Source of the DNA: Methylobacter sp.
GTDB taxonomy: Bacteria > Pseudomonadota > Gammaproteobacteria > Methylococcales > Methylomonadaceae
Reading direction: 5' to 3'
Assembly (NCBI GenBank): GCA_030684815.1
Contig: JAUXXQ010000196.1
Coordinates: 13,930-77,929 of the forward strand
DNA: 64,000 nucleotides
This document shows positions 18,490-27,204 of this stretch, one piece after another. How positions within the stretch are numbered: the first letter of the stretch is position 1; each line of letters begins with the position of its first letter. The notes below the pieces were generated by a model. That model made no database searches, was not told the DNA's origin, and saw only the letters and a program-made list of their open reading frames with translations. A program made the position numbers and the translations under genes.

Positions 18490-20810
18490 TATTCTTGAAT
18501 CCTCCAGCAATAATGGATTTTGGGGTTGCGGGCAAAATCTTCCGGCACCGTTGCCGCACTGATGTCTTCTACAATCAACTCGGACAAGGCGGCTTTGTCG
18601 ATTTTAAAACGCCTGAAATTGGTGGAAAAATACAAGATACCGCCGGCTGCCAGCAAGGCAACCGCGTTATTAATCAGTTGAACGTGGTCGGTTTGTATAT
18701 CGAACGCCGCCTCCATACGCTTGGAATTGGAAAAAGTCGGCGGATCGAGAAAAATCAGGTCGTACAGTTTGCCCGGTTGCGCGGCTTGCTGTTCCAGCCA
18801 GTCCAGACAATCGGCTTGTATAAATTCATGATTGCCTTCGCTGACATTCAGCGCCAGATTTTTTTTCGCCCAGTTCAGATAGGTGTTGGACATATCCACT
18901 GTCGTGGTTGACTTGGCGCCGCCGACAGCGGCATGGACGGTGGCGCTGCCGGTGTAGGCAAACAGATTGAGAAAATGTTTACCCTTGGCTTGCTGCTGGA
19001 TCATCATGCGTATAGGCCGGTGATCCAAAAATAAGCCGGTGTCCAGATAATCCTCAAAATTCACCAGCAGTTTGCAGCCGCCTTCTTCAATGATATGGAA
19101 GCGGCCTTGATCGCCGTATTTTTCGTATTGATCGGTGCTTTTTTGTTTGCGGCGGATTTTCAAAAATACCTGTTCGGGATCGACTTTCAGTATACGCGGT
19201 ATTTCGGCCAACAGCCCCGCGAGGCGCTGATCGGCTTTGTGTTGGTCTATGCTTTTGGGCGGCTCGTATTCCTGGACATTGACCCAGGTTTGCGCTCCTT
19301 GGTAAATGTCGACGGCAACTGCGTATTCCGGCAAATCGGCATCGTAAACCCGATAGCAACTGATGCGGTTTTGTTTGACCCAGTTGGACAGTTTTTTCAG
19401 ATTTTTTTTGAGCCGGTTGGCGAACATCTCAGCAGCGACAGGCTCACGCCCCTCGCCTACATCCCTGTAGGCGAACATTTCAGCGCTGGCCGGTTCACTG
19501 GGAACGTTTATCGCTTCAGGCTCAATGGTTTCTTTGTCGGCATTGGCTGGCGTAGGGCGGTTTTCGGTTGTTTGAACAATAGGCTTACTACTTTCAAGCG
19601 CCTGCGTAATCCGCTCTTCTTGCGTTCTGGCTTTGGGAATAAAAAAATTGCGCTCTTCAATAGCCAACCGTAACAGCTTACATTCCAGCGCGCCGTTAAA
19701 CAGCGTAATCGGCTTTTGCGAGCGCAATCCCAAACGAAAGCCCAATTCCGGGTTGCTGATAATCATCGCCGCATTCCAGCCGACAAAATGCTTTTTCAAT
19801 GTTTCGCCGAATTTCTTGTATAACTCGGCAGTTTCCTGCTCGTCGCCCAAACGCTCGCCATAAGGCGGGTTACAAATCAATAAACCGGGTTTCCAGCTTT
19901 CGGCAGGTGCCGCATCGTCAATATCGCGGCGTTCAATATGAATCTTATTTTGCAAACCGGCATTGGCAACATGCGCCAACGCCGTGTTGACGGTCTGGCG
20001 GTTTTGATCGAAACCGACGATGACCGGCAATTTTTCAATGCCAATTTTTTTGCGCTGTTCGGCTTCCGTGCGTAATTTTTTCCAGCAGTTGGCATCGTGT
20101 TTTTTCCAGCCGCTAAAGCCGTAATAATCGCGCAGCAAACCGGGCGCGTAATCGGCGGCGATCATCGCGCCTTCCAACAACAGCGTGCCGGAGCCGCACA
20201 TCGGGTCGATTAACGCGCCCTGTTGCTGGGCAATTTGCGGCCAGCCGCTACGCAATAACATCGCCGCCGCCAGATTTTCCTTCATCGGCGCTTTGATGCT
20301 GACATCGCGATAACCGCGCCGATGCAGGCTTTCGCCGGAAAGGTCGAGGCTCAGCTGCGCGCTTTCGCCGTTCAAATACACATTGATACGGATATTAGGC
20401 TGTTCGGTATTGATGCTGGGGCGGGTTTGAAAGCGGGCGCGCATTTGATCGACGATGGCGTCTTTGACTTTTAACGCGCCAAAATGGGTGTTGTTAATGG
20501 CTTCTGAGTTTTTCGCACTGAACGACACGGCAAAGCTGTCTTCAGGATTAATATGCTCAAACCAGTCGATTTTTTGCACACCGTCATACAAATCTTGCTG
20601 GCTTTTTACCTCGAACGAACTGAGCACCAGCAAAATCCGGTTTGCCGTTCTTGACCACAGACAAGCCCGGTAAGCAGTTTCCAGATCGCCCTGAAAAGCG
20701 ACGCCGGCCAGCGTAGCCTTGATATGACTGACCCCGATGGCGCGAAGCTCATCGCTCAGGATGGATTCCATCGCTTTGGGCGTGGTGGCAAAAAGTTGGT
20801 AAGTGGGCAT
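18489..20810 (-). CDS. rlmKL: Bifunctional 23S rRNA m2G2445/m7G2069 methyltransferase RlmKL
   Basis: THUMP domain, DPMCGSGT, CNPPYGERL, DTGLFLDHR, LNLFAYTG and DPPTFSNS. Confidence 0.95.
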   Translation of the reverse strand: MPTYQLFATTPKAMESILSDELRAIGVSHIKATLAGVAFQGDLETAYRACLWSRTANRILLVLSSFEVKSQQDLYDGVQKIDWFEHINPEDSFAVSFSAKNSEAINNTHFGALKVKDAIVDQMRARFQTRPSINTEQPNIRINVYLNGESAQLSLDLSGESLHRRGYRDVSIKAPMKENLAAAMLLRSGWPQIAQQQGALIDPMCGSGTLLLEGAMIAADYAPGLLRDYYGFSGWKKHDANCWKKLRTEAEQRKKIGIEKLPVIVGFDQNRQTVNTALAHVANAGLQNKIHIERRDIDDAAPAESWKPGLLICNPPYGERLGDEQETAELYKKFGETLKKHFVGWNAAMIISNPELGFRLGLRSQKPITLFNGALECKLLRLAIEERNFFIPKARTQEERITQALESSKPIVQTTENRPTPANADKETIEPEAINVPSEPASAEMFAYRDVGEGREPVAAEMFANRLKKNLKKLSNWVKQNRISCYRVYDADLPEYAVAVDIYQGAQTWVNVQEYEPPKSIDQHKADQRLAGLLAEIPRILKVDPEQVFLKIRRKQKSTDQYEKYGDQGRFHIIEEGGCKLLVNFEDYLDTGLFLDHRPIRMMIQQQAKGKHFLNLFAYTGSATVHAAVGGAKSTTTVDMSNTYLNWAKKNLALNVSEGNHEFIQADCLDWLEQQAAQPGKLYDLIFLDPPTFSNSKRMEAAFDIQTDHVQLINNAVALLAAGGILYFSTNFRRFKIDKAALSELIVEDISAATVPEDFARNPKIHYCWRIQE
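19419..19484. repeat. In-frame 51-bp insertion/duplication in rlmKL: 15-bp direct repeats and an 8-bp-stem hairpin
   Basis: ggcgaacatctcagc (19419-33) and ggcgaacatttcagc (19470-84); hairpin TCGCCTAC-atccct-GTAGGCGA at 19453-19474. Confidence 0.75.
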
Positions 20811-20885
20811 AAAGGCTTGGGGAAAAGGTTAAAAATGCAAGGCGCAAGGCTCAATAAAAAAAGAAGTAACTACTCATCGGTTGTT

Positions 20886-21010
20886 AAGTAGGTAAGCCTA
20901 TTTCTTTTAACATTTACATTGGAGTCCAATAGCTTTAGCTATTGGCGGTAAAACAGCTAAAGCTGTTTTACTCCCAACTTGTTTGTTAAGAAACTTTTGA
21001 ATGACTACTT
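20886..21010 (+). mobile_element. ~120-bp MITE-like repeat (family A; AAGTAG...CTACTT ends, twin internal hairpins), copy 1
   Basis: Near-identical copies at 28811-28936, 46187-46283, 46506-46620 and 60529-60654 (-). Confidence 0.85.
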
Positions 21011-21062
21011 AAAAATAACTAAATGGAACTCAACAATTACTCCTGCATCGCCTAAAGGGCTT

Positions 21063-21142
21063 CCCATTTAAAGCGGGACAGGCATGCCGAAGTAAACTTT
21101 CCAGGTTTTAAAAACCTGGAAGGTCTGTCCCGCGTTAAGTTG
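21063..21142. repeat. Nested palindrome: outer GCGGGACA/TGTCCCGC around CTTCCAGGTTTTAAAAACCTGGAAG
   Basis: Inner REP-like palindrome recurs at 36697-36729 and 60746-60778; outer arm recurs near 37825-37842 and 32221-32348. Confidence 0.75.
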
Positions 21143-21233
21143 ATAGCCCGTCTATTTTAAAAAATCCATGTAAATCCGTCTGATCTGTGATGTCCGTGTT
21201 CTATTTCTTTTTCGGCTGAGTAGTTATAAAAAG

Positions 21234-21265
21234 AAAGGCACAAGACCTGCTGGCCTTGTGCCTTT
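21234..21265 (-). terminator. Intrinsic terminator after the FKBP gene
   Basis: aaaggcacaag/cttgtgccttt stem followed by a T-run on the - strand. Confidence 0.7.
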
Positions 21266-21287
21266 ATTCTTGAACCTTAATCCTGCT

Positions 21288-21770
21288 TTACTGAATCTTG
21301 ATCAACTCAACATCAAAAATCAATGCGGCATTCGGGCCGATGGCACGGCCTGCGCCGCGTTCGCCGTAAGCGAGTTCTGACGGAATATAAAAACGGTATT
21401 TGGCGCCTTCTTTCATTAATTGCACGCCTTCAGTCCAGCCTGCGATGACGCGGTTTAGCGGGAACGTGGCGGGTTCGCCGCGACTGTAAGAGCTGTCGAA
21501 TTCTTCGCCGTCAAGCGTAGTGCCTTTGTAATGCACGGTGACGTTGTCGGTTGCTGACGGTGAGGCGGTACCGGTGCCGGGCGCCAATACTTCGTATTGC
21601 AGGCCGCTTGCGGTGGTGACGATATTGGGTTTTTTAGCATTTTCTGCCAGAAAGGCAACCCCGGCGGCTTTACTCTCTGCGGGGGTGGTGGCATTGGCCA
21701 TTGAAAACATAGTAAATCCTGTAAGGAGAACGGTGACGAGCGAAATAACCTGGGTTTGAATTTTTCTCAC
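21288..21770 (-). CDS. FKBP-type peptidyl-prolyl isomerase with signal peptide
   Basis: TASGLQYEVL, VTVHYKGT, EFDSSYSRGEP, VIAGWTEG and IPSELAYG. Confidence 0.93.
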   Translation of the reverse strand: MRKIQTQVISLVTVLLTGFTMFSMANATTPAESKAAGVAFLAENAKKPNIVTTASGLQYEVLAPGTGTASPSATDNVTVHYKGTTLDGEEFDSSYSRGEPATFPLNRVIAGWTEGVQLMKEGAKYRFYIPSELAYGERGAGRAIGPNAALIFDVELIKIQ

Positions 21771-21805
21771 GACTTATCCTATATGGTTGATGTAGAAACG
21801 GTAGT

Positions 21806-22405
21806 TTACCAAAAAAACCAGCCTTTGTTGTCTAAATCACCTTGGCACTCACCCAATTGGCGTTGAAATAATTGTGCGCGCCTGTCCACTTTAGTGGCGA
21901 CTTGTTGCAGCCACGGTTTTTTTAGATAACTTCTGCGGGAAAAACCGCCGTGGCCTTCGTGGTAAGCGAGGTACAGGTTCCGGGCGTCCCCTTTCTGTAT
22001 GCCTAAGCGGGTGTGGCTGACATGGCAGTACCAGCCGATAAAATCAACGGCATCGACAAATTCGTCGCGATCCGCCCACCAACTGCCCGCCTTATTTTGA
22101 TAATCGCCCCAAGTTTCGTCTTTGGCCTGGGCATAACCATAAGCGCTGCTGGTTCTCGGTAGCGGAATAAAGCCCAAAAACCAAGGGCGCGGCGGCCTGG
22201 CATCGGCAACAAAGCGCGACTCCTGATGCATAATCGCCATTTGTACAGGAATGGGCACGCCCCATTTTTTAAAGGCGTTTTTAGTGTCATCATACCAACC
22301 GTCTTTTTCCCTAAAAAGGGAGCAGATATTGTCAGTGTTTTTAGGGGGCAATGCCGTACAGGCCGTTAAAGTAAGCAACAACAGCAAGGTGAATAATTTT
22401 TTCAT
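21806..22405 (-). CDS. Transglycosylase SLT-domain lipoprotein
   Basis: MKKLFTLLLLLTLTAC lipobox; AIMHQESRF catalytic Glu; AYGYAQA and LYLAYHEG. Confidence 0.85.
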   Translation of the reverse strand: MKKLFTLLLLLTLTACTALPPKNTDNICSLFREKDGWYDDTKNAFKKWGVPIPVQMAIMHQESRFVADARPPRPWFLGFIPLPRTSSAYGYAQAKDETWGDYQNKAGSWWADRDEFVDAVDFIGWYCHVSHTRLGIQKGDARNLYLAYHEGHGGFSRRSYLKKPWLQQVATKVDRRAQLFQRQLGECQGDLDNKGWFFW

Positions 22406-22514
22406 GGAGCCATTAGATTGTGTAGAATCGACATGTGTAGCAAGCCAAAAAAACAATTGAAACAGAAAGGGAAAAATATAACACAGGCACTATAATCATG
22501 CGGGTAGCTTTTAC

Positions 22515-22745
22515 CAAAAAAGTCCGTAAAGCCCCTTCCTTCAGGTGGGGGATGTAAGGATGCTCTTGATTTATTTTGCTTGTTCATCTAGTGTTCTCTC
22601 CGTTGGGTGCGCTGTTGCTGCGTATCTCCTGCCATCAGGCTCACACTGAGATGGCGTGAAGTAAGACGATTTTCAGAGTCGTCCCCTTCGGGCATGAAGG
22701 GCTGCACTAAGGAATCCCCTTGCTTTAGCTGGGGGAGGATGTCAA
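22515..22745 (+). mobile_element. Non-autonomous IS200/IS605 (IS608-like) mini-element, 231 bp, no transposase or TnpB ORF
   Basis: TTAC target at 22511-14; AAAG at 22528-31 before the hairpin CCCCTTCCTTCAGGTGGGG; right end GAAT-CCCCTTGCTTTAGCTGGGG-GAGGATG-TCAA. Confidence 0.88.
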
Positions 22746-22792
22746 AGCACTCAAAACGGTTAGGGTAAACGATAATCAGCGAGGAAAGTTAG

Positions 22793-23410
22793 ATGAATTT
22801 GGTTTTAAACCGGCATTACCGAAAAAGATTAATGTCAAAAGGTCTGATTTATTTGGGTGAAGAAGAGCTGGAAATCACCATTAAAGACCTTTCCTTAACC
22901 GGCGTACTGGCGGAATTGCAGTCCAAGCACATCAGCGCGGACGTCAAAGACATTTTTAACATGCTGTCGGTGTCAACGATGGTTGATATGTACCTTCCCG
23001 AGATGCGATTAGCTGGCGAGGCCGATGTGGTCAGGGTTGACATCTTCGATGGCCATATATTGATTGCCTTGAACTTCAGAAATGTGTCCTATGACGTCAA
23101 TAACCAGCTATACAAAAGAAAAGCCTATAGAAAAAACATGACTGCGCCGGGAAAAATCCTGTTGGATGGCGCCTATCATGAATTCAGCGCCATTAATGTT
23201 TCAGTCGACGGCTTAATGGTTAAGCTCGCCGAATCGGTAGCCGTCGAAGCGGGCGAAATAACCGTGTTCGAATTTGAGCGGCTGGGCTTGAAAGGCGAAA
23301 TAAAAGTGGTCTGGGTTGAGAATGCTGAAGATGGCGGCTTGTTGATCGGTTTAAAATACGTACACATGGAAAATACAGAAGTTAAAGGCATACCGCGTTT
23401 TGCGCTGTGA
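22793..23410 (+). CDS. Tandem PilZ-domain protein
   Basis: RHYRK...DLSLTG and RKAYRK...NVSVDG (RxxxR and D/NxSxxG twice). Confidence 0.85.
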   Translation: MNLVLNRHYRKRLMSKGLIYLGEEELEITIKDLSLTGVLAELQSKHISADVKDIFNMLSVSTMVDMYLPEMRLAGEADVVRVDIFDGHILIALNFRNVSYDVNNQLYKRKAYRKNMTAPGKILLDGAYHEFSAINVSVDGLMVKLAESVAVEAGEITVFEFERLGLKGEIKVVWVENAEDGGLLIGLKYVHMENTEVKGIPRFAL

Positions 23411-23465
23411 CAGATCAACGCTTCAGCGTACCGCCAGGCACGGCTTAAAACTTAATTGCAGCGGG

Positions 23466-24668
23466 CTACATGAATGATAAAAAAGAACTGACACGCTTAA
23501 GCAGACTTTTGTTGGCCTCGTTAAAGTTAATGCCCCCGATATTTTTGGCAAGCTCTTTCAGATCATAGGCAATTTTTGAATGGGCCGCCGATTCACAGAG
23601 CGGAACGCCCAAATTGGAAGCGCTGGCGACACGTTCAAAATCATTGGCGATGATGTAAACCTTGTCATGATTCACCATGTTTTTTAAATCCTCTATCCGC
23701 AAACTGTTTTTTTGATCATAGCGGTTAAGCGCAATCGATATTCTCTCCAGAGGAATATCCAGGTCTTTATTTAATATCTGGATCAAGCGCCGACCATCCC
23801 TAAACTGCGCCAGGCTTTGTTGAATAACCAAGGTAATCTGATCCGCCTGTTCCATAATGGTACTGGATACCGGATCGATTAACCGGGGCAAATCAACCAC
23901 GATCTGACTGTAATTCATTTTTAGTAACGCCAATAGCCTTTTTAAATGGGTGATATTAATTTCTCCCGGCAATAAAATATCCGATGGCGACGGCAATAGC
24001 AGGCTCAAGTTATCATTATATTTTGACATATACGCCTCTAATGAAATCGAATCCAAATCGTCTACCGCGTGCAGTGCTTCGGTAATCGTATATTTTGGGG
24101 TTTTATCAAAATTAAGCCCAATTGAACCGAATTGTAAATCAAGGTCAACCAGCGCCACTTTTAAATCACTACACTTTGATAAAACATAAGCCATATTACT
24201 GGCGATAAAACTGGCACCGCTGCCGCCTTTAGCATTAATCACCGCCGTTAAATGTTTCGCATGGTTATTATTGTAATTGTGTGTGATATTCTGCTTAATT
24301 TTACAAAATACGCCATCCAGTTTATTTTCATACTCTCTGGTATCAATAAAATCTTTAACACCAGCACGAATGGCCTGACTTAATAAGTCAATATTGGTCT
24401 GATCGCCGATAATAATAATGGCGGCTTTATTATTGTCAATCTCATTCAGCGCCTGCAATTCCTTTAAGCCGTTAGCCGTTAAATTGATAATGACTATACT
24501 GTGTTTATCTTGCGTATAGTGGTTAATAGCATCCGTTATTGACGGTGTGCAAATTATTTTACTTTTAATGTCGCCCGAATAAGCAAGAATAGCCTGCTGT
24601 TTTTTAAGCGCCAGCTCATCAGCGCCGATGAGTATCAAATTTATTTTATTTTCCGTCATGTTATTCAT
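23466..24668 (-). CDS. cpaE: Tad pilus CpaE/TadZ (receiver-like domain plus MinD-like ATPase)
   Basis: NAKGGSGASFIASN, LVDLDLQFG and VVDLPR; last gene of the tad run. Confidence 0.88.
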   Translation of the reverse strand: MNNMTENKINLILIGADELALKKQQAILAYSGDIKSKIICTPSITDAINHYTQDKHSIVIINLTANGLKELQALNEIDNNKAAIIIIGDQTNIDLLSQAIRAGVKDFIDTREYENKLDGVFCKIKQNITHNYNNNHAKHLTAVINAKGGSGASFIASNMAYVLSKCSDLKVALVDLDLQFGSIGLNFDKTPKYTITEALHAVDDLDSISLEAYMSKYNDNLSLLLPSPSDILLPGEINITHLKRLLALLKMNYSQIVVDLPRLIDPVSSTIMEQADQITLVIQQSLAQFRDGRRLIQILNKDLDIPLERISIALNRYDQKNSLRIEDLKNMVNHDKVYIIANDFERVASASNLGVPLCESAAHSKIAYDLKELAKNIGGINFNEANKSLLKRVSSFLSFM

Positions 24669-24700
24669 TTGTTACCTCGTTGCCATGCGCTTATTTATCG

Positions 24701-25171
24701 TTAAAAATCACACTTGGACGAACTTATTGGATCGCCTGGATAGGTCGGAACCGCGCCCAGGCTTTCAGTGGGTAAGGTCGTCGTGAATGCAGGAGCTGTA
24801 ATCGAACTGCCCCAAAGGGGAATCATGAGCGTATGCGGATAACCGGTGATACTTACCTGAACAAAGGTTGGACTAGCCGACACATCCGAATAACTTACAG
24901 TCACCATGGCAGGCGTCAAACCATTAATAATCGGGCTAGTTGCTAATGAGCCGCCTTTATCGCCAAACATAGCCACTTGCTTTGGAATTGAGCTTCCAAC
25001 GGGACAAATAACCGCCATCCGCGCACCCCGGCGGGTTGCTTCGGTCAAGGCATTCCAGACAAACAAAGCCCTGCTGAATTCTATGATGGCAAACAGCACC
25101 GCAAAAAACAGCAACGCAATCATCGCAAATTCCACGGTTTCAGCGCCTTTTTGTTTATATTTATTGATCAT
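24701..25171 (-). CDS. tadE: TadE/TadG-like pseudopilin
   Basis: KQKG|AETVEFAMI prepilin motif; ALTEATRRGARMA. Confidence 0.88.
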   Translation of the reverse strand: MINKYKQKGAETVEFAMIALLFFAVLFAIIEFSRALFVWNALTEATRRGARMAVICPVGSSIPKQVAMFGDKGGSLATSPIINGLTPAMVTVSYSDVSASPTFVQVSITGYPHTLMIPLWGSSITAPAFTTTLPTESLGAVPTYPGDPISSSKCDF

Positions 25172-25617
25172 TGGGCGAACCTCATTATGCTGCTGGCACG
25201 AAGTGTCATAACAGACGGAATACTGCCCCCTGTAACCATCCCCACCAGCGCATTCAGACTATTACCCAACATAAAATTGGAGTCATAGCCGACAACTTCC
25301 ACCTGGACATGTTGGGCAATGGGATTTGTTATGACTATATTGGCTGCCGTAAGGCCGGGCACTACGGGTGTCCCGGTGCCCACAGTATTTCCATAAACAG
25401 CGAGATTTTGGGCGTTGGTCTTATCAAGTGCTGTATTAGCGTTACTGACCGCAACATCGGACAAATAACGGGTAGCCACTTGCACCGCTTTGCTCACCGC
25501 ATTCAGCCGGTAAAATATAACCCCGAATTCAGACACCATGACGACCAGCAACAATAGCAACGGCAACAGCATCGCAAACTCGACGGTAGACGTGCCTTTT
25601 TGTTTAATGATGTTCAT
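25168..25617 (-). CDS. tadE: TadE-like pseudopilin
   Basis: KQKG|TSTVEFAMLLP prepilin motif. Confidence 0.88.
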   Translation of the reverse strand: MNIIKQKGTSTVEFAMLLPLLLLLVVMVSEFGVIFYRLNAVSKAVQVATRYLSDVAVSNANTALDKTNAQNLAVYGNTVGTGTPVVPGLTAANIVITNPIAQHVQVEVVGYDSNFMLGNSLNALVGMVTGGSIPSVMTLRASSIMRFAQ

Positions 25618-26786
25618 GAGTCGCTACTCCCTGGACTTTTAAATAACACGATTTTGTAGGGGCCGAATAACACAGGATGGGTTGGACTAAAAGCGCCAGG
25701 CGCGGAACAAGAACCCGTTAGTTCGCCTATGATTTCATTGACAGTCCCTTTATGCGTCGCTTGTTCTGTCATCAAAAAGCAACTGGCAGCGATAATCTTA
25801 ATAGGGAGTGCGTCACAATCTTCAACAACCGGAACAGCCATAACTCTGTTGTAGGCGGTGCCTGCCGGTATGGGAGTTTTTGCAAGTTCTACATTAGTAT
25901 CATCGACATACTGAGGATTGTAGCCTCCGTCTGGAAACACGCCCTTATATTCCGTTTTCACCAGATCCGCATTAAATCTATCTTCTATTCCTTGACTTAC
26001 CGGGCCTACTTTATTTCCATTCTCCCATGTGGCCGTGTTTGCACAGGTATTAACATTACCCCCTAAAAGTTTTTTTATATCATTTCCGCCAGCAAACCCA
26101 TCAAAACGCAATAAACCGAAGTTTCCGCTGGGCAAACTTGCATCCTGGCAGGTATCCTGTTTTGCTGCGTTGGTTCCTCCCTTCAAGCAAACTTTTGTAT
26201 GAAAAGGGATACCGTTACAACCCTCTGTATTACATCCTATTTGTGGTGTTCCATTTGTTGGCGCACTCTTAGCGTTGCAGATTACCAATGGCACTAAATT
26301 GCAATTTTGACCTACCGCACCCGCTGTCGCAATGGCCGGAATAGCCATATCACCACTGAACTGCTCTAAAATTCTTATTAATACCGGCGTCACCTGTAAC
26401 ATATTCGTCGATGTCACCCTAACAAACGCGAACTTATCTGAGGCGGGATTAAAAGATCCCCAGGGCTGTAATGTCCGTGAATACTCAAATACCAGAGACC
26501 CCGCATTCAAGCCTGCCAATTCATCATTACCTGCTGCAGCTTTAAATTGATTAAATGTTGCAATACCTGCGTTATTGGCATTGGTTATGTTATGCGTAAT
26601 ATCGCCGTTAATCGCTATCGCCGCGCTAAGTGCCGTAGCATCAAGCACATTTTGCAAGCGGGTTTTATTGACAAACACATGGCCGAAATCCAATGCCAGA
26701 CCCATAATAAGCAGTAATACCGGCAAGGCAATAGCCACTAATACAGTAATGACACCATGTTGTTTCTTTAAATAATTTAGTTTCAT
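25614..26786 (-). CDS. tadG: TadG-like pilus assembly/tip protein
   Basis: Start MKLNY at 26786 with AGGAG RBS; QHG|VITVLVAI, LALDFG..F..KTRLQ..LDA.AL; Cys-rich C-terminus. Confidence 0.85.
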   Translation of the reverse strand: MKLNYLKKQHGVITVLVAIALPVLLLIMGLALDFGHVFVNKTRLQNVLDATALSAAIAINGDITHNITNANNAGIATFNQFKAAAGNDELAGLNAGSLVFEYSRTLQPWGSFNPASDKFAFVRVTSTNMLQVTPVLIRILEQFSGDMAIPAIATAGAVGQNCNLVPLVICNAKSAPTNGTPQIGCNTEGCNGIPFHTKVCLKGGTNAAKQDTCQDASLPSGNFGLLRFDGFAGGNDIKKLLGGNVNTCANTATWENGNKVGPVSQGIEDRFNADLVKTEYKGVFPDGGYNPQYVDDTNVELAKTPIPAGTAYNRVMAVPVVEDCDALPIKIIAASCFLMTEQATHKGTVNEIIGELTGSCSAPGAFSPTHPVLFGPYKIVLFKSPGSSDS

Positions 26787-26840
26787 TAATGAGCTCCTGT
26801 TACTGCGAAAGTTCATCGTGGAAGCGATTTATGGGGGGGT

Positions 26841-26910
26841 TGTGGGAGCGACGTGGGCGTGAGTGCCATCATTCGCAGCCGGGTGGCCGCTCCCACAAAT
26901 CGCTCCCACA
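26841..26910. repeat. REP-like TGTGGGAGCG/CGCTCCCACA palindrome
   Basis: tgtgggagcg...cgctcccaca plus an extra arm; sits between the lipoprotein gene and tadG. Confidence 0.75.
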
Positions 26911-26916
26911 AACTAG

Positions 26917-27204
26917 CTACCGCCCAACCACACCCGGATCAAAAGTAACCCCCTCTTTGCCCTGCTCAAGCCGTTCCGACGCCCCTTCCCGATAAGCCCT
27001 GATAACCCCTTCGGCCTTTCTGCCGTCCAGCGTCAGAACGGGCTTGTCATCCTGGCCGTGCTCGGGATACAAGGTCTGCTGCTTAACCATGTTTCTCACC
27101 GCATTGCCAAAATTTTGCTCAACCACCACCGGGTGTGAATTCCACTCGGCGCAACCTGTCACCAGCGTTAACACCACCAAACCTGCTTTATTCAACGTTT
27201 GCAT
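26917..27204 (-). CDS. Tad-associated lipoprotein (CpaD/RcpB-like position)
   Basis: LVTGC lipobox; QNFGNAVRNMVKQQTLYP; directly follows the secretin gene. Confidence 0.75.
   Translation of the reverse strand: MQTLNKAGLVVLTLVTGCAEWNSHPVVVEQNFGNAVRNMVKQQTLYPEHGQDDKPVLTLDGRKAEGVIRAYREGASERLEQGKEGVTFDPGVVGR

Noticed and set aside
22402-22587. 61-aa ORF MNKQNKSRASLHPPPEGRGF...
   Set aside because: It is a translation of the IS left-end hairpin. At most it is a remnant of a tnpA C-terminus; there is no HUH motif.
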